From the NCBI RefSeq assembly GCF_009914755.1, contig NC_060925.1: a stretch of 64,000 nucleotides of DNA; one strand, given 5' to 3'. A program made the position numbers and the translations under genes. Of the stretch, positions 61,416 through 64,000 are shown piece by piece. The notes below the pieces were generated by a model that saw nothing but the letters and a program-made list of their open reading frames with translations, was not told the DNA's origin and did not search any database. Source of the DNA: the human T2T-CHM13v2.0 reference genome, Homo sapiens. Within the stretch, counting starts at the first letter, position 1; each line of letters starts with the position of its first letter.

Positions 61416-63320
61416 TATATGCTTGGTTTTAATGCAAGATTTGTTTTCAACAGCGATTTCTAACTAAATAAAAGTCTGAATACTACTGGCTTAGAGAAAC
61501 CTTTTCATTTTAGGATTTGAAGATGTTGGCTGTTGATTGCCTGAATCTCTTTCCATGAGGAACATGAATGCACCCCTCTGTAAAATAGCATTGGACACCC
61601 TGGGGGACCTGACCCCATGTCCACATCCCCTTCTGTGGTCCCCGACTCCTAGCCACACACGATGCACACCAGCCTCAAGGAAATCTACAATTCTTGGCAC
61701 TGTGCCACCGCTTCCGGGGCACCTTCTGCCTAGAGTGCCTTTTCTCTCTTCTCTTCCTGTCCAGATCTGGCTATTTCACCAAGAAAGCTTTTGACCAGAA
61801 ATCCAGGGCTCCTATTGTACAGCCCTGTCTCTCTACAAAACCAGAAGGAACTTCATGCCACATAGAGCCCTGCAGGTCCCACAGCCTGTCCCAGGTCCCT
61901 GGATCAGGAGGGAGGGCTCTTGAACGCGTAAACCCCAGGGGCATGGCAAAATCCTTTCCTTCTCCTTTTGCAGCAACAAAAGGCCCCCAAGCCCTCCAAA
62001 TGTCTGCTTTTTAGCATTGCTATTTTGGTTCTATTGTTGTTCTCCCTCCTAAGGAGGAGACGGTAACTAACTGCATTCTGGGTCTGCCCAGAGTATGATA
62101 TATCTTCCTCCGCTGGGCCCTGGGCAGAGAAGCTGGGCTGCATTGATTTCCTGGGTGAAACGGAAGTGCAATTCACAGGCATCTTTCAAAGTGGAGAAAG
62201 GTCCTGGGTGTGGGCTGGAGCTGGACCTGTCTCTCCTGGCTCCCCTCAGGCAGGGCTGTGGATGATGCACCTAGTCCTGTTTGCCTGACAGAAAAATCAC
62301 TTGCCCAGAAAATGCAGAACCCATCCCACTGCTGGACCTCAAATCCAGCATGACTAAGGCACCTTAGTCATCTTTAAATGGATTCTACCCTTTTGCCTGT
62401 TTTTTCTGTTTTTTGGGTTTTTTTTTCATTTTGTTTTCCATGTATGAACCCCACAGAAGAGAACACAAGGTGATGGATGAAAATGTTTGAGCAGTTGCTA
62501 CCCAACTCGTAGTGATAAAAATACTCAGGATATAAACTGGTAACACCGCTGACGCCTCATAATTACCCAAGTTATGTTGCACTTTTGATTAGAAAATGCA
62601 ATTATGTTTATAGTGTTATAATCTCACCTGCCTTTGTGTTTTTGAGAAAATTGCAAGAGAATACCTCTCCTGGAGTAGGCTGCCCTTGCTAATCAGTTGA
62701 TTCATGTCTCTTGAAGTGCTCATTGCACTTAAGATAATGAAGAGATGTGGCTTCTCCGGGGCTCTCAGCTCCCACCTAGACTCTGGGGCTTGTTTTTCAG
62801 AACAAACAGCTTTGTCTCAGTTGTTTTCTACTCCTCACAGGAAATCCAGCAACTGATTGTCATAGAACTGATTTTTCCCCAAGAATCTGCCTTCCATTCT
62901 TTCTTTTTGCTTTCTTTCACTTATTCAATTATTTATCCATTCATCAAGCTGCCATCAATTAAGTGCCTTCCTAATCTATGCTAGGTATTATACTAGGCAT
63001 TGGGGATATGAAGTGTGAGAAGGCAGGGTCCAAGCCCCTCAGAAGCTCCGTCTCATAGAAGTAGTAGGAAAGAAAAGAGACAAGCAGAAGGCAGTGTGAC
63101 TGGGGCCGAGATAAGAACAGGGTGTGAGAGGGGCCCAATCAACCCCATCTGGAGTGAATGAAGACTCAAGGCAGGCAGGCTTCCAGGTGGAAGTGATGTT
63201 TGAGCTGAATTTGAAGAAGGTTGGGACCAGGAAGGGTGTTGTTCAAGCATGGGGAAAGGGGTGAGCCTGCGGGGGGGCAGTTGAAATGGGTTGAGTGGCT
63301 AGGGCAAAAAGCAGAGGCAG

Positions 63321-63322
<2 letters not shown>

Positions 63323-63364
<42 letters not shown>
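63323..63364. repeat. (GT)21 microsatellite
   Basis: Direct count. Confidence 0.95.
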
Positions 63365-63367
<3 letters not shown>

Positions 63368-63480
63368 AAGGCAGGAGTGGCAGGAGGTTAGGCTAGAGAG
63401 GGGTGCATCGTAAGGGTCTTCTGCGCTTCCGCGTCAGGAGTGGTGCAGAAAACTCGCCAAGCCATTAAAAAGCTTTTAGC

Positions 63481-63782
63481 AGCGGGGCACGGTGGCTCAC
63501 ACCTGTAATCCCAGCACTTTGGGAGTCCAAGGCGGGTGGATCACGAGGTCAGGGGTTCAAGACCAGCCTGGCCAACATGGTAAAACCCCATCTCTACTCA
63601 AAATACAAAAATTAACTGGGCATGGTGGCACACGGCTGTAATCCCCGCTACTCAGGAGGCTGAAGCAGGAGAATGGCTTGAACCCGGGAGGCGGAGGTTG
63701 TGGTGAGCCAAGATCACACTAATGCACTCCAGCCTGGGTAATAGAGCAAGACTCCATCTCAAAAAAAAAAAAAAAAAAAAAA
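63481..63782 (+). mobile_element. AluSg-type SINE
   Basis: GGATCACGAGGTCAGG (2-bp deletion type); TSD AAAAAGCTTT(T/A)AGC. Confidence 0.88.
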
Positions 63783-64000
63783 GCTTTAAGCACAGAAATG
63801 ATGTGCTCAGATTTATGCTTCGTGAAGAAAAAAAAAAATCCCTCGGCTTCAGTGTAGAGGATGGAGGGGGACCTGTTGGAAGCAGGAAGATTAATTACCT
63901 GTGACAATGCAAGAGGCTCTTATGAAATAGAGAATAGAGAACCATGTCAGAGCAAAATTTCTATCCATAAGGTCCATTCCTTCTGTTGTCTGGGTAACAA

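Overview
Primate (most likely human, given a consensus-identical AluYa5) euchromatic DNA that is dominated by repeats. I find no intact protein-coding gene. The only protein-derived host sequence is a full-length processed pseudogene of adenylate kinase 2, isoform AK2B (- strand, 41882-43546), inserted antisense into the 5' LTR of a two-LTR MSTC-type MaLR element. Other main elements: a ~7.7 kb full-length L1PB-type LINE carrying a nested AluY and an LTR9 solo LTR; a CpG-rich LTR12C solo LTR splitting an Alu; a full-length THE1A; a rearranged MER4-group ERV1 remnant; about 17 Alus; DNA transposon relics; many L2/MIR fragments; and microsatellites. Almost all ORFs in the supplied track are repeat-derived or chance. 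The best candidate for a novel system is an LTR TATA box -> antisense AK2 cDNA -> LTR poly(A) signal cassette, with an inducible-type LTR12C promoter 5 kb upstream on the same strand. This is a hypothesis only; the sequence gives no expression evidence. Repeat subfamily names come from recalled consensus sequences and need RepeatMasker/Dfam confirmation.
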